Shown: positions 18,961 to 28,080, numbered from the stretch's first letter. The stretch: DNA of 64,000 nt from Candidatus Spongiisociaceae bacterium (GCA_965243835.1 OZ251578.1:277573-341572), one strand, 5' to 3'. Numbers and translations are program-made. The notes: a model not told the origin generated them from the letters alone.

Positions 18961-20626
18961 TTTTTTGGTTAAGGGGCCGGCTCAACTGAGCGGGCACTTT
19001 CAGCCGGTGGGGAACAAGAATGCGGCCCTGCCGATTATCGCCGCCTGTTTGCTGGCGGAGGGGCCGGTTACTTTGCGCAACGTGCCGATGATCGGGGATG
19101 TGGAGTCGCTACTGGCCATCCTGGAGGAAATGGGGGCCGCGGTGGACCGCCGGGGAGGGGGAACCATCCGCATCGACGCCCGCAATGTGGACTCGCCTGC
19201 GGTTTCGGCGGAGCTGGCGGGGGCGATTCGGGCCTCCATCCTGCTCGCCGGACCACTCTTGGCCCGGTTCGGGCAGGTGACAATTCCGCCTCCCGGCGGG
19301 GACGTCATCGGGCGTCGTCGCATCGACACGCATGTGCGGGGGCTGACCGCCATCGGCGCCCGCTACAAATACGAGGGCGGGCATTCTTTCACCGCCGACT
19401 CCCTCACCGGCGCCGACGTGTTCTTGGACGAGCCGTCGGTCACCGCCACCGAAAACCTGATAATGGCCGCTTCCAAAGCATGGGGCACCACCGTCATCCA
19501 GAACGCCGCCTGCGAACCGCACATCCAGGACCTGTGTCATTTCCTGAACTCGCTGGGGGCGCGCATCACCGGCATCGGCAGCAACATTCTCACCATCGAG
19601 GGGGCGGATTCGCTGAGCGGCGGCGAGCACGACATCGTTCCCGACCATATTGAGATCGGAAGCATGATCGTGTTGGCCGCCGTAACCGGTTCCGAAATAA
19701 CCATCGGCGGGATACGCTCCGGTGAGATCAGGCCCATCAACCTGGCTTGGCAACGGCTGGGCATCGATTACCACCTGCAAGCGGACGGCTCCGCCCTGGT
19801 CTGCGCCCATCAGAACCTCACCGTGTCCCCCGACTTGGGCGGCGCGGTGCCCAAAATAGAGGACGGGCCGTGGCCGTCCTTCCCGGCCGACCTGACCAGC
19901 ATCGCGGTGGTGGCCGCCACCCAGGCCACCGGTTCCATAATGATCCACGAGAAAATGTTCGAGTCGCGAATGTTCTTCGTGGACCGGCTGATCGGGATGG
20001 GGGCCCGCATCGTGCTGTGCGACCCGCACCGGGTGATGGTGCTCGGCCCCACCCCCTTGCATGCCAGCCCGGTGGCCAGCCCCGACATCCGGGCCGGGAT
20101 GGCCCTGCTCATCGCCGCCCTGGCCGCCGAAGGCCAAAGTCGCATCGATAACGTGGAACAGATCGAACGGGGCTACGAAGCCCTCGACAGCCGACTCACC
20201 GCCCTAGGAGCCCAAATCGAACGCCTCGACGGGTTGGAAAGCACCAGATCGGCGGTAGCCAAAAAACCGAAAACCAGGAAACGTTCCCAAACCCCTCCTC
20301 CTGCGGGTCTGCAAATACTAGGCCGCGAATTGCAACCGACGTCTTGGGCGGATGCAGTCCGGGAGACTGTTCGAGAGATGCTCGCCCGCCACCCCGATAT
20401 TTACCAGGAGACTATGTTGGGCCTCCCACGGTGGATTGATAGTAGTGGCGATAGCCGTCTCGCCTATCCGCTAGAATCCAGGCCGCCACACAGATACGGC
20501 ACAGTTATCGGCGGAGTAAGAGTATTTGATAATTACAACGCAATAGGAGCGAAAGAGGCTGTTGACATTGTTTTAAACGGATTTGGCTACCAAGCCGACG
20601 CCGTTCGCGAATGGACTTTGACATAG
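18950..20626 (+). CDS. murA: UDP-N-acetylglucosamine 1-carboxyvinyltransferase (MurA) homolog with ~130-aa C-terminal extension carrying the shared module
   Basis: [40 protein letters not shown] and a full two-lobe MurA/EPSPS core. Asp replaces the catalytic Cys ([15 protein letters not shown]). Tail ...[30 protein letters not shown]...[12 protein letters not shown]...[17 protein letters not shown]. The ATG overlaps the upstream gene by 11 nt. Confidence 0.85.
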   Translation: MMSSFLVKGPAQLSGHFQPVGNKNAALPIIAACLLAEGPVTLRNVPMIGDVESLLAILEEMGAAVDRRGGGTIRIDARNVDSPAVSAELAGAIRASILLAGPLLARFGQVTIPPPGGDVIGRRRIDTHVRGLTAIGARYKYEGGHSFTADSLTGADVFLDEPSVTATENLIMAASKAWGTTVIQNAACEPHIQDLCHFLNSLGARITGIGSNILTIEGADSLSGGEHDIVPDHIEIGSMIVLAAVTGSEITIGGIRSGEIRPINLAWQRLGIDYHLQADGSALVCAHQNLTVSPDLGGAVPKIEDGPWPSFPADLTSIAVVAATQATGSIMIHEKMFESRMFFVDRLIGMGARIVLCDPHRVMVLGPTPLHASPVASPDIRAGMALLIAALAAEGQSRIDNVEQIERGYEALDSRLTALGAQIERLDGLESTRSAVAKKPKTRKRSQTPPPAGLQILGRELQPTSWADAVRETVREMLARHPDIYQETMLGLPRWIDSSGDSRLAYPLESRPPHRYGTVIGGVRVFDNYNAIGAKEAVDIVLNGFGYQADAVREWTLT

Positions 20627-20638
20627 GGGCCCCGCTGG

Positions 20639-20700
20639 GGTACAGTTTTTGTGAATGCTCCCCGCCGTCTGGGGCCAACCTGGACTGGCGGGGCTTATTT
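20639..20700. repeat. X1 repeat: hairpin gctccccgcc...ggcggggc with T-rich tail, directly after the murA stop
   Basis: A second copy (X2) lies at 20897-20960; could act as the murA terminator. Confidence 0.55.
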
Positions 20701-20721
20701 ATGGATAGGTGATATCCGATG

Positions 20722-20815
20722 CCTGCTGTAGGGAAACGATCACCGACCGGTTGACGCAGAACATTCGAATGCAACGGTTCAATCGCCAGCCGCACCCCCG
20801 CCGCCGTTGCCTCCT
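20722..20815 (-). pseudogene. Degenerate (~85% identical) duplicate of an internal segment (22575-22670) of the sugar-phosphate isomerase gene
   Basis: cctgctgtagggaaacgatcaccgaccggttgacgcagaacat... against cttgccgcagggaaacgatcaccgaccggtcggcgcagaacat...; the minus-strand translation retains RLAIEPLH. Confidence 0.7.
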
Positions 20816-20896
20816 CCTCCGCCTAAGTGCTCACCCTGTGGCGGAGCCGCGCGAAGCCGTTCGTCAATAGACGATTTGACAGGGGGTCCCGGTGGT

Positions 20897-20960
20897 GTAT
20901 AGTTTCTGTTAATGCTCCCCGCTGTCCGGGTCCTTGGGGCCTGAACTGGCGGGGATTTAG
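20897..20960. repeat. X2 repeat (second copy of the X1 hairpin element)
   Basis: gtatagtttctgttaatgctccccgctgtccgggtccttggggcctgaactggcggggattt. Confidence 0.55.
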
Positions 20961-21137
20961 TTATAGGGGCTTTGCGTTGAGGGGGAGTGAGGGTGAGGGT
21001 AAGTTCCGGTTGGGTTTGCCGGTGTAGAGGAGCACTTGGGTTCTGTCGTTACGGAATCCGAAGGCTCCGCCACCCCCTCCACCCCCACTATCTCCACCTC
21101 CCCCGAGTGTTCCACCCAGACGACGCGGCGTGTTGGT

Positions 21138-21950
21138 TTACAGGTTGGGAGGGACGGTAGTCATTTTATTCAAGGTTTCCTTGTCTAAATCGATAATGTT
21201 ATCCGCTAGTTTAGAAAGCTCACGGGACACACTATTCCGGTTGGGAGTAGCAACCGATACTCGAGTTCCCATATTTTGGGCGACACGTACAGCCTCCGTA
21301 AAGTCCCCATCTCCCGCAATGAGCACCGCCTTATCAATCTTTCCTTGTTGCGCCAACATCACCAAATCCAACACTAGCAAGGTATCCACTCCTTTCTGTT
21401 TGTGTTCTGGCTCGAAAGCCCCATTTTTTTCTAACTCGTTTATGAATTGAATTGGATCCTGCCCTAAATCGGACACCATTTTATTGAGGGTAGCTCTTAG
21501 ATCGCGTTCGTTTTTAGGTCTTATTTCAACTATACGTCCCAGTCGGAGTTCAAAGTCAGGGATCTGCACTAATTCAGACAGGATTTTTCGTTGAAATTTT
21601 GCTGATTTGTGGTAAGCGGGATAAGCACCATCATACCAATAGGTTTTATGAAGGTGTCCTTCGATGCCTCTGCACCAATCTGCAATCTCTTTGGTATTCA
21701 TTTGTATTCGCGTTTTGGGTATTGAATTACCGGAGAAATTTTTGCCTTCCGCTCGTAAATATCCAACATCTATAAAAACGGCATAACGAGAAGATGGTTC
21801 GTTTTGTTCGGCTGTCGTTGTGTTTTCTAGGAGTTTGAAAAAATACGTCTTGGTTTCGCCGATTTTTGCTCGTCTTTCGAGCTTGAGTGTTTCTTCTGGG
21901 TTGTCGGCGATGTCATAGTTTCCTGTATTTATTTTATTGTTTTCTTTCAT
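21138..21950 (-). CDS. NYN/LabA-like (PIN-fold) nuclease domain protein
   Basis: RYAVFIDVGYL...GVDTLLVLDLVMLAQQGKIDKAVLIAGDGDFTEAVRVAQNMGTRVSVA. Start chosen at MKENNK because of the gggagaag RBS; the ORF is open up to 22148. AT-rich. Confidence 0.65.
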   Translation of the reverse strand: MKENNKINTGNYDIADNPEETLKLERRAKIGETKTYFFKLLENTTTAEQNEPSSRYAVFIDVGYLRAEGKNFSGNSIPKTRIQMNTKEIADWCRGIEGHLHKTYWYDGAYPAYHKSAKFQRKILSELVQIPDFELRLGRIVEIRPKNERDLRATLNKMVSDLGQDPIQFINELEKNGAFEPEHKQKGVDTLLVLDLVMLAQQGKIDKAVLIAGDGDFTEAVRVAQNMGTRVSVATPNRNSVSRELSKLADNIIDLDKETLNKMTTVPPNL

Positions 21951-22231
21951 TTTTCTTTCTTCTCCCGTATCGGGTGGATTCCGCTTGTGTGCGGGTATCC
22001 CTTGTAATTTACCTAAAGGGGGGTAAGTTTCGGCTTTGTAAAATATTTCTAGGTGTTTGACAAAAAATCCCATAGGAAGCCCCAACGATGTCCCATAGGG
22101 GACCGTTGCTACCCCCTCTAGGGAAATCCAGTTTAGGGCAACGCCCAATATTTGTCAAACGGGCATCTACCTGGGCTTTTGCCAGGGGCAGGAGCGGGGT
22201 TCGTTGGACGGCGGCCCGTTCAGGGGGACGG

Positions 22232-23086
22232 TTATAGGTGGGGGGCTACCAGGGAGTTGTAGCGTTCTGTCATTTTTTTCAGGACCTGGGGGCCGGGTTG
22301 GTTCCAGATTTCCCGGTTGAAGATTTCCACTTCCACCGGGCCGGTGTAGCCGGCGGCGGCTACCGCTTGGGTGAAGCGGGCGAAATCGATCACGCCGTCG
22401 CCCATCATTCCCCGGCCTAGCAGCACATCGGGCAACGGGTCCAGCCAGTCGCATACCTGGTAGGAAAAAATCCTCCGTCCCGCCCGGTCGATCTGCTCCC
22501 ATGCCTGCGGGTCCCACCACATATTGAAAGTATCCACCGTTACCCCCACCGTCTCCTCGGGAAAGCCTTCGGCTATGTCCAGCGCTTGCCGCAGGGAAAC
22601 GATCACCGACCGGTCGGCGCAGAACATGGGGTGCAATGGTTCGATCGCCAGCCGCACCCCCGCCTCCCTCGCCGTTGGGACCACCGCCGCGATCCCCTCC
22701 TCCACCTGCCGTCGGGAAGCCTCCAAACCCGCCCCCTTGACCCCTCCGCACACCAGCACTATCACTTCGCACCCCACGGCCGCCGACTCCTCCACCACTC
22801 GCCGGTTCTCCTCCACCGCCCGCCGCCGACCGTCGGCGGAGTCGGCGGTGAAAAACCCTCCCCGGCAGTAGGTGGACACCCGCAGGCCGGCCTCCCGCAC
22901 CATGCGCCCCGCCGCCTCCGCACCGCCCGCGGCCCGCACCTGCTCCCGCCACAAGCCGATCCATCCGATGCTGGCCCGCACGCACCCGGCCGCCGCCTCC
23001 TCTACGCTCCAGTATTCGGTGGTTTTCTGGTTGAGGCTGAGCCGGCCCCCCCGGCCATCCCGCCCCGACCGTTCCGGCCCGGGCAT
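22232..23086 (-). CDS. Sugar phosphate isomerase/epimerase (xylose isomerase-like TIM barrel)
   Basis: AGVRLAIEPLH...TVGVTVDTFNMWWD; the start overlaps the upstream stop (ATGA). Confidence 0.75.
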   Translation of the reverse strand: MPGPERSGRDGRGGRLSLNQKTTEYWSVEEAAAGCVRASIGWIGLWREQVRAAGGAEAAGRMVREAGLRVSTYCRGGFFTADSADGRRRAVEENRRVVEESAAVGCEVIVLVCGGVKGAGLEASRRQVEEGIAAVVPTAREAGVRLAIEPLHPMFCADRSVIVSLRQALDIAEGFPEETVGVTVDTFNMWWDPQAWEQIDRAGRRIFSYQVCDWLDPLPDVLLGRGMMGDGVIDFARFTQAVAAAGYTGPVEVEIFNREIWNQPGPQVLKKMTERYNSLVAPHL

Positions 23087-24237
23087 CAAACTACTCCGGC
23101 GCAGGCCAGCACCGGGCGCATGCGACGGGCGGCCGCCTCCGGGTCGGACAGGACCCCGGCCGCATCCGCCAACCGCACCAGCTCGGCCAGGTGAATAATG
23201 GAACGGGCCCCCTCCTGTCCGTCCAGCATCCGGAAATGATCCTGGTGGCCGTTCAGATAGGCCAAAAACACCAACCCGGTTTTGTAATGAAACGTGGGGG
23301 GTTGGAAAATGTGGCGGGACAGGGGCACGGTGGGGGCCAGAATCCGGTGAAACTCTTCCGCATCCCCCCGGTCCAAGGCCGCCAAAGCCGCCGCCGCCGC
23401 GGGCGCGATAGCGTCGAAAATCCCCAGCAGGGCGTCGCTGTGACCCATGTCGTCGCCCGCAATCAGGTTGGGGAAGTTGAAGTCGTCCCCGGTGTAGCAA
23501 CGAACCCTCTCCGGCAGGCGCCGCCGGAACTCCACCTCCAACTCTTCGTCCAGCATGGACACTTTCACCCCCTCCACCGCCCGGGCATTGTCCGCGACGA
23601 TCGCAACCAGCGCCTCCATGGCCCGTTGCGGGTCGGCCCAACCCCAGTATCCTTGCAACGCCGGGTCGAACATCGGCCCCAGCCAATGCAGGATCACCGG
23701 CCGGTCCGCCTCCCCCAGCACCCGCTGATACACCCGGGCGTAATCCTCCGGCCCGCGCGCGCAGGCCGCCACCGCCCGGCTGGCCATCATCACCGCCGTC
23801 CCTCCCCGTTCCTGCACGAAAGCCAACTGCTCCAGATAGGCCGCCGTCGCCGCCTCCAGCGACCACCGCCCCTCCTCCAGTTCGTCGGTGTTGATTCCGC
23901 ACACCGCCCATCCCCCCTCCGCCCGCGCCTCAGCCAGGCACCGGTCGATCAGGATGCGCACCGCCCCCGCAGGCAGGCCCGTTCCCCGCTGGGCGGTGTC
24001 CATCGCCTCCGCCACCCCCAACCCGGCGGACCACAGAAAACGGCGATAGGACAGGGTGGCCTCCCAGTCCACGGCCCCCGTCCCCACCGGGTCGCCCCGC
24101 GGGTCGGCCGCCACATGGGCGGCCGCCAACGCCGCCCGCGACCGGGGAGGCCCGGCCGGGGCCGCGATTGGAGCGGCCCGGCCCAGGCGGTAGGTTTCCA
24201 CCGTCCCCTCCCGGGTGGGAAGGGGCAACTCGGTCAC
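23086..24237 (-). CDS. DUF993-like (DapA-like TIM-barrel) family protein
   Basis: GTGA overlap with the upstream gene; sits in a Gfo/Idh/MocA - DUF993 - xylose isomerase-like cluster; assignment from overall similarity only. Confidence 0.45.
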   Translation of the reverse strand: MTELPLPTREGTVETYRLGRAAPIAAPAGPPRSRAALAAAHVAADPRGDPVGTGAVDWEATLSYRRFLWSAGLGVAEAMDTAQRGTGLPAGAVRILIDRCLAEARAEGGWAVCGINTDELEEGRWSLEAATAAYLEQLAFVQERGGTAVMMASRAVAACARGPEDYARVYQRVLGEADRPVILHWLGPMFDPALQGYWGWADPQRAMEALVAIVADNARAVEGVKVSMLDEELEVEFRRRLPERVRCYTGDDFNFPNLIAGDDMGHSDALLGIFDAIAPAAAAALAALDRGDAEEFHRILAPTVPLSRHIFQPPTFHYKTGLVFLAYLNGHQDHFRMLDGQEGARSIIHLAELVRLADAAGVLSDPEAAARRMRPVLACAGVV

Positions 24238-25379
24238 GGCCGCACTTCGGCCAGGTCCGCCCAGCGCCGCTCCCGCCAGGAAAGCAGGGCCGCCTCCACC
24301 AGTTCCAAACCCCGCACCGCCCCGGCGAAAGTCCAGGGAAAAGGCTCCCCGGCCGCTACGTAACGCAGGAACGCCTCCCACTGCAGTTTGAAACCGTTGT
24401 CGGACGGCGGTTGCTCCACGGCCGTCCATCCCGCCCGGAAATCAATCGGGTTGGGAACATCCGGGTTCCACACCGGGCGGGGAGCGGCGGCCCGGTCCTG
24501 CCGGCGGCACTCGCGCAGGCCGGCCACCGCCGAGCCGTCCACGCCGTCCACTTGGAACATCGCCAAATCGTCCCGGTAGACCCTGGTCGTCCAGGAAGAG
24601 TTGATCTGGACCACCGCCCCCTCCCGCAACCGCATAATGGCGTAGGCGGCGTCGTCGGCGGTGGCCGGATAGGCCACCCCGTCTTCGTAACGGACGGGAA
24701 TGTGGGTTTGCCCCAGCGCGCACACCGACTCGATTTCCCCGAACAGGTCCTCCACCACGTACTGCCAGTGCGGAAACATGTCCAGGATGATGGAACCCCC
24801 CTCCTCGGCCCGGTAGTTCCAAGCGGGGCGTTGCGCCTCTCCGTCCAACCCTTCGTTTACCCAGTAGCCGAAATCGACCCGCACCGACAGGATGCGGCCG
24901 AAAAACCCCTGATCCAGCAGGGTGCGCAACCCCCGCAACCCGGGCAGGAACAACTTGTCGGCCACGATCCCGTGTTTGACCTCCTCCCGCTCGGCCCGGG
25001 CCAGCAGGCGCCGGGCGTCGGCGGCCGACTCCGCCAAAGGCTTCTCGCAGTAGACGGCTTTGCCCGCCTCCAAGGCCGCCTCCACCGCCTCCGCCCGCCG
25101 GTTGGTGGACTGCGCGTCGAAGTAGATTTCCACCTCCGGGTCGTCCAGGACTTCCCGCACATCGCAGGTCCACAGCTCCACATCGTGGGCGGCGGCCACC
25201 GCGGCCACCTTCTCCGGGTTGCGGCCCACCAGCACCGGCTCCGGAATGAGGCGGGAGCCGTCGGGCAGGGCGACCCCGCCCTGGTCGCGCAGGGGGATGA
25301 GGGAGCGGGCCAGGTGCTGGTTGCGCCCCATCCGCCCGGTGACCCCGTTCATGGCGATGCGGATGATCCGGTCTACCAT
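24234..25379 (-). CDS. Gfo/Idh/MocA family oxidoreductase
   Basis: N-terminal Rossmann IAMNGVTGRMG, EKPLAESAADARRL. Confidence 0.8.
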   Translation of the reverse strand: MVDRIIRIAMNGVTGRMGRNQHLARSLIPLRDQGGVALPDGSRLIPEPVLVGRNPEKVAAVAAAHDVELWTCDVREVLDDPEVEIYFDAQSTNRRAEAVEAALEAGKAVYCEKPLAESAADARRLLARAEREEVKHGIVADKLFLPGLRGLRTLLDQGFFGRILSVRVDFGYWVNEGLDGEAQRPAWNYRAEEGGSIILDMFPHWQYVVEDLFGEIESVCALGQTHIPVRYEDGVAYPATADDAAYAIMRLREGAVVQINSSWTTRVYRDDLAMFQVDGVDGSAVAGLRECRRQDRAAAPRPVWNPDVPNPIDFRAGWTAVEQPPSDNGFKLQWEAFLRYVAAGEPFPWTFAGAVRGLELVEAALLSWRERRWADLAEVRP

Positions 25380-25394
25380 CAGCCGTCCCCCGGT

Positions 25395-26459
25395 TTAGTC
25401 CCAGTCCAGCCAGGAGGGGAGCCGGTTCCGCTCCCGCAACGTGCCCACGATCCCGGACGGGAAAAACAGCAAAATCAACACCATCAAGGCCCCGGTGATG
25501 GCCAGGTTGATCTCCGAACCCCCGAACCACGTAAGCGAAATTTCGTCGAATGCTACGATCAGGATGGCCCCGATGACCGGTCCGGCCACCGCTCCCCGCC
25601 CGCCCACGATGGCCATCAGCACCATGCGGGCCGCCATGGCGATGATCAGGAAAATTACCGGCCGCAGGTAGGCGATCGAATACCCCCACAAGGCCCCCGC
25701 CACTCCGGGGAAGAAGGCGCTCAGGGCGAAGGCCATCAGCTTGTAACGCCGGGTGTTGATGCCCGACACTTCCGCTTTGACCTCGTCGGCGGCGATGGCC
25801 CGCAACGCCAAACCGAACTTGGAATGGGCCACCCGGTAGCCGAGGGCCACCGCCCCGACGGCCGCGGCCAGCATCGCATAGTAGAAAGGGACTTTTATCC
25901 AGGTCACGTCCAGCGGAACAAGGGGCAGGCTCACGCCGTTGGACCCGCCCAGGTAACTCCAGTTGTCCATCAGCAGGGTCACCACCAGCAACAGGGCGAT
26001 GGTGGAAATGATAAAAGACGGCCCCCGCGTCCGGTACGTGATCAGCCCGGCCACCACCCCCAGGCCCATGGCCACCGCCCCGGCCAGCAAAGCGGTGGCG
26101 AACGGGGACCAGCCGAACTCCAAAAGCAACATGCCGGAAACGTAACCGCCCACTCCCCAGAACACGTTGTGTCCCAGGGAGATGTAGCCGGTGTATCCCC
26201 CCAGGATGTTCCAGCTGGAGGTCAAGGCGATCCACATAAACGCCACCGTCCCCAACTGCAGCACGTAGTTGTAGGAGTCCATGCCCCGCCACAGCGGCAG
26301 GATTACGGATACGGCGATCGCCGTCCACAGCACCGTCCGGCGCAACGCCCCCGAGGGGCGCCGGCCTTCCTTGGGCGGCGGGGCGGCGGGGGAGGGGCCC
26401 CCGGTCGTTTCCTCCTCCTGTTGCGCGGTCGCGGGGGAGAGGGGGCGTTCTCCGGTCAT
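25395..26459 (-). CDS. Branched-chain amino acid ABC transporter permease (LivM-like)
   Basis: Ten or so TM helices with LivM-type conserved blocks; start set at MTGERP. Confidence 0.8.
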   Translation of the reverse strand: MTGERPLSPATAQQEEETTGGPSPAAPPPKEGRRPSGALRRTVLWTAIAVSVILPLWRGMDSYNYVLQLGTVAFMWIALTSSWNILGGYTGYISLGHNVFWGVGGYVSGMLLLEFGWSPFATALLAGAVAMGLGVVAGLITYRTRGPSFIISTIALLLVVTLLMDNWSYLGGSNGVSLPLVPLDVTWIKVPFYYAMLAAAVGAVALGYRVAHSKFGLALRAIAADEVKAEVSGINTRRYKLMAFALSAFFPGVAGALWGYSIAYLRPVIFLIIAMAARMVLMAIVGGRGAVAGPVIGAILIVAFDEISLTWFGGSEINLAITGALMVLILLFFPSGIVGTLRERNRLPSWLDWD

Positions 26460-27328
26460 ATCCGCACCTTTTTGCCGAACAGCCCGTGCGGGCGGATGAG
26501 CAACACGATGAACAGCACCCCGAAGAACGTGATGGGGGCCCACACCGGCCCGATGGTGTCGCTCACGAAGGAGGAAATGACCGCCAGCCCCAACGCCCCG
26601 ATCACCGCCCCTTTCAGACTGCCCAAACCGCCCAGCACGATCAGGGAGAGCAGGATGGCGATCCACTGCCAGTGCCGGGAGGGGAAGAAGGGGAATATGA
26701 AACTCACCAACGCCCCGGCCGCGCCCGCCACCGCCATCCCGATGCCGAAGGCGATGGTGGACACCCGGCGCACATCCACCCCCACGATCTGGGCCGCGTC
26801 CCGGTTTTGCATGGTGGCCCGCACCCCGTACCCGAGGCGGGTGAATTTGAGAAACAGCCACAGACCGGTGAGCAACAGGGAGCTGGTCAGCAGGGCGTAG
26901 AACTGGCCAGCGGGGATGAACAGGTCTCCCAAGGTGAACGCCTCCCGGGCGTAGGAGGTGTTGACGGTGCGGAAAATGCCGGTGAAGAAATAGGACATCA
27001 GGCCTTCCAGGACGAACGCCAGCCCGAAGGTGAGCAACACGGTCATTTCCGGGAACTTGGGGGAGCCTTCGATGCGGGGGAAAAGCAGGCGGTAGAGGCC
27101 CGCTCCCAGCAGGAAAAACAGGGGCAGGGCGGCCAGCATGGACAGCAACGGATCCACCCCCCAGCCCGCGAACAGGTAATAGCTGAAATAGGCGGCCAGC
27201 ACCACGAAGGCGGCGTGCGACAGGTTGACCACCCGCATCACCCCGAAGAGCAGGGTCAAGCCGGAGGCCATCAGCGCGTACACGCCCCCCAGCAATATCC
27301 CCAGAATCAGAACCTGAACGTAATGCAT
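26456..27328 (-). CDS. Branched-chain amino acid ABC transporter permease (LivH-like)
   Basis: MHYVQVLILGILLGGVYALMASGLTLLFGV. Confidence 0.8.
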   Translation of the reverse strand: MHYVQVLILGILLGGVYALMASGLTLLFGVMRVVNLSHAAFVVLAAYFSYYLFAGWGVDPLLSMLAALPLFFLLGAGLYRLLFPRIEGSPKFPEMTVLLTFGLAFVLEGLMSYFFTGIFRTVNTSYAREAFTLGDLFIPAGQFYALLTSSLLLTGLWLFLKFTRLGYGVRATMQNRDAAQIVGVDVRRVSTIAFGIGMAVAGAAGALVSFIFPFFPSRHWQWIAILLSLIVLGGLGSLKGAVIGALGLAVISSFVSDTIGPVWAPITFFGVLFIVLLIRPHGLFGKKVRI

Positions 27329-28080
27329 TACGACTCCGTCGCCGGGCCCGCCGGGGCGGCCAGCGACCCCAGGTAGAGGTCCCGGAGGCGCGGGTCGTCC
27401 AGTATCCGGTCGGAGGGCCCCTCGAACCGTTTGGTGCCCAAATCCAGCACAAAGGCCCGGTCGGTCGCCTCCAAACCTTTTTTGACGTTCTGCTCCACCA
27501 ACACCACCGTGATGCCCATCTCCGAGACCAATCGGCGGATGGCGTCGAACACCACCGCGTTGATCTGCGGGGCCAGCCCCAGGCTGGGTTCGTCGATCAT
27601 CATCAGTTTCGGTTCGATCATAAGGGCCCGGGCCAGGGCCAGAATCTGCTGTTCCCCGCCGGACATGGTTTGCGCCAGTTGCGAGGAACGTTCCGCCAAC
27701 CGGGGGAACATGGCAAAGGCCCGCTCCGTCCGATCCTCGATGAGTCGGCGATCGCGTACCAGGTATCCGCCCATTACCAGGTTTTCCTTGACGGTCATCT
27801 CCGGAAACAATGTTCGGTCCTGGGGGACGAAACAAACTCCGGCCCGCAACACCCGGTCCGGGCGCAACCCGCCGATGGGTTGGTCGGCGAAGGTGATGGT
27901 TCCGTCCCGGGGGGCCAGCAAGCCGGCCACCGTTTTCAGCAAGGTGGATTTGCCGGCCCCGTTGGGCCCGATTATGCAGTAGGCGCCTCCCTCTTCCATG
28001 CTCATCGACACGTCGGTGAGGATGTCCGGCCCCGGCCCGTATCCGGCCCGCACCCCGGAAATTTCCAGCAACGCCATCAC
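27328..28080 (-). CDS. ABC transporter ATP-binding protein (LivF-like)
   Basis: Walker A GPNGAGKST, signature LSGGEQQ, Walker B LMMIDEPS. Confidence 0.85.
   Translation of the reverse strand: MMALLEISGVRAGYGPGPDILTDVSMSMEEGGAYCIIGPNGAGKSTLLKTVAGLLAPRDGTITFADQPIGGLRPDRVLRAGVCFVPQDRTLFPEMTVKENLVMGGYLVRDRRLIEDRTERAFAMFPRLAERSSQLAQTMSGGEQQILALARALMIEPKLMMIDEPSLGLAPQINAVVFDAIRRLVSEMGITVVLVEQNVKKGLEATDRAFVLDLGTKRFEGPSDRILDDPRLRDLYLGSLAAPAGPATES

Noticed and set aside
24168-26900. 910-aa plus-strand ORF and 628-aa minus-strand ORF 24442-26328
   Set aside because: Span three to four well-supported minus-strand genes (oxidoreductase, LivM, LivH). Translations are His/Gln/Pro/Gly/Arg-rich junk.
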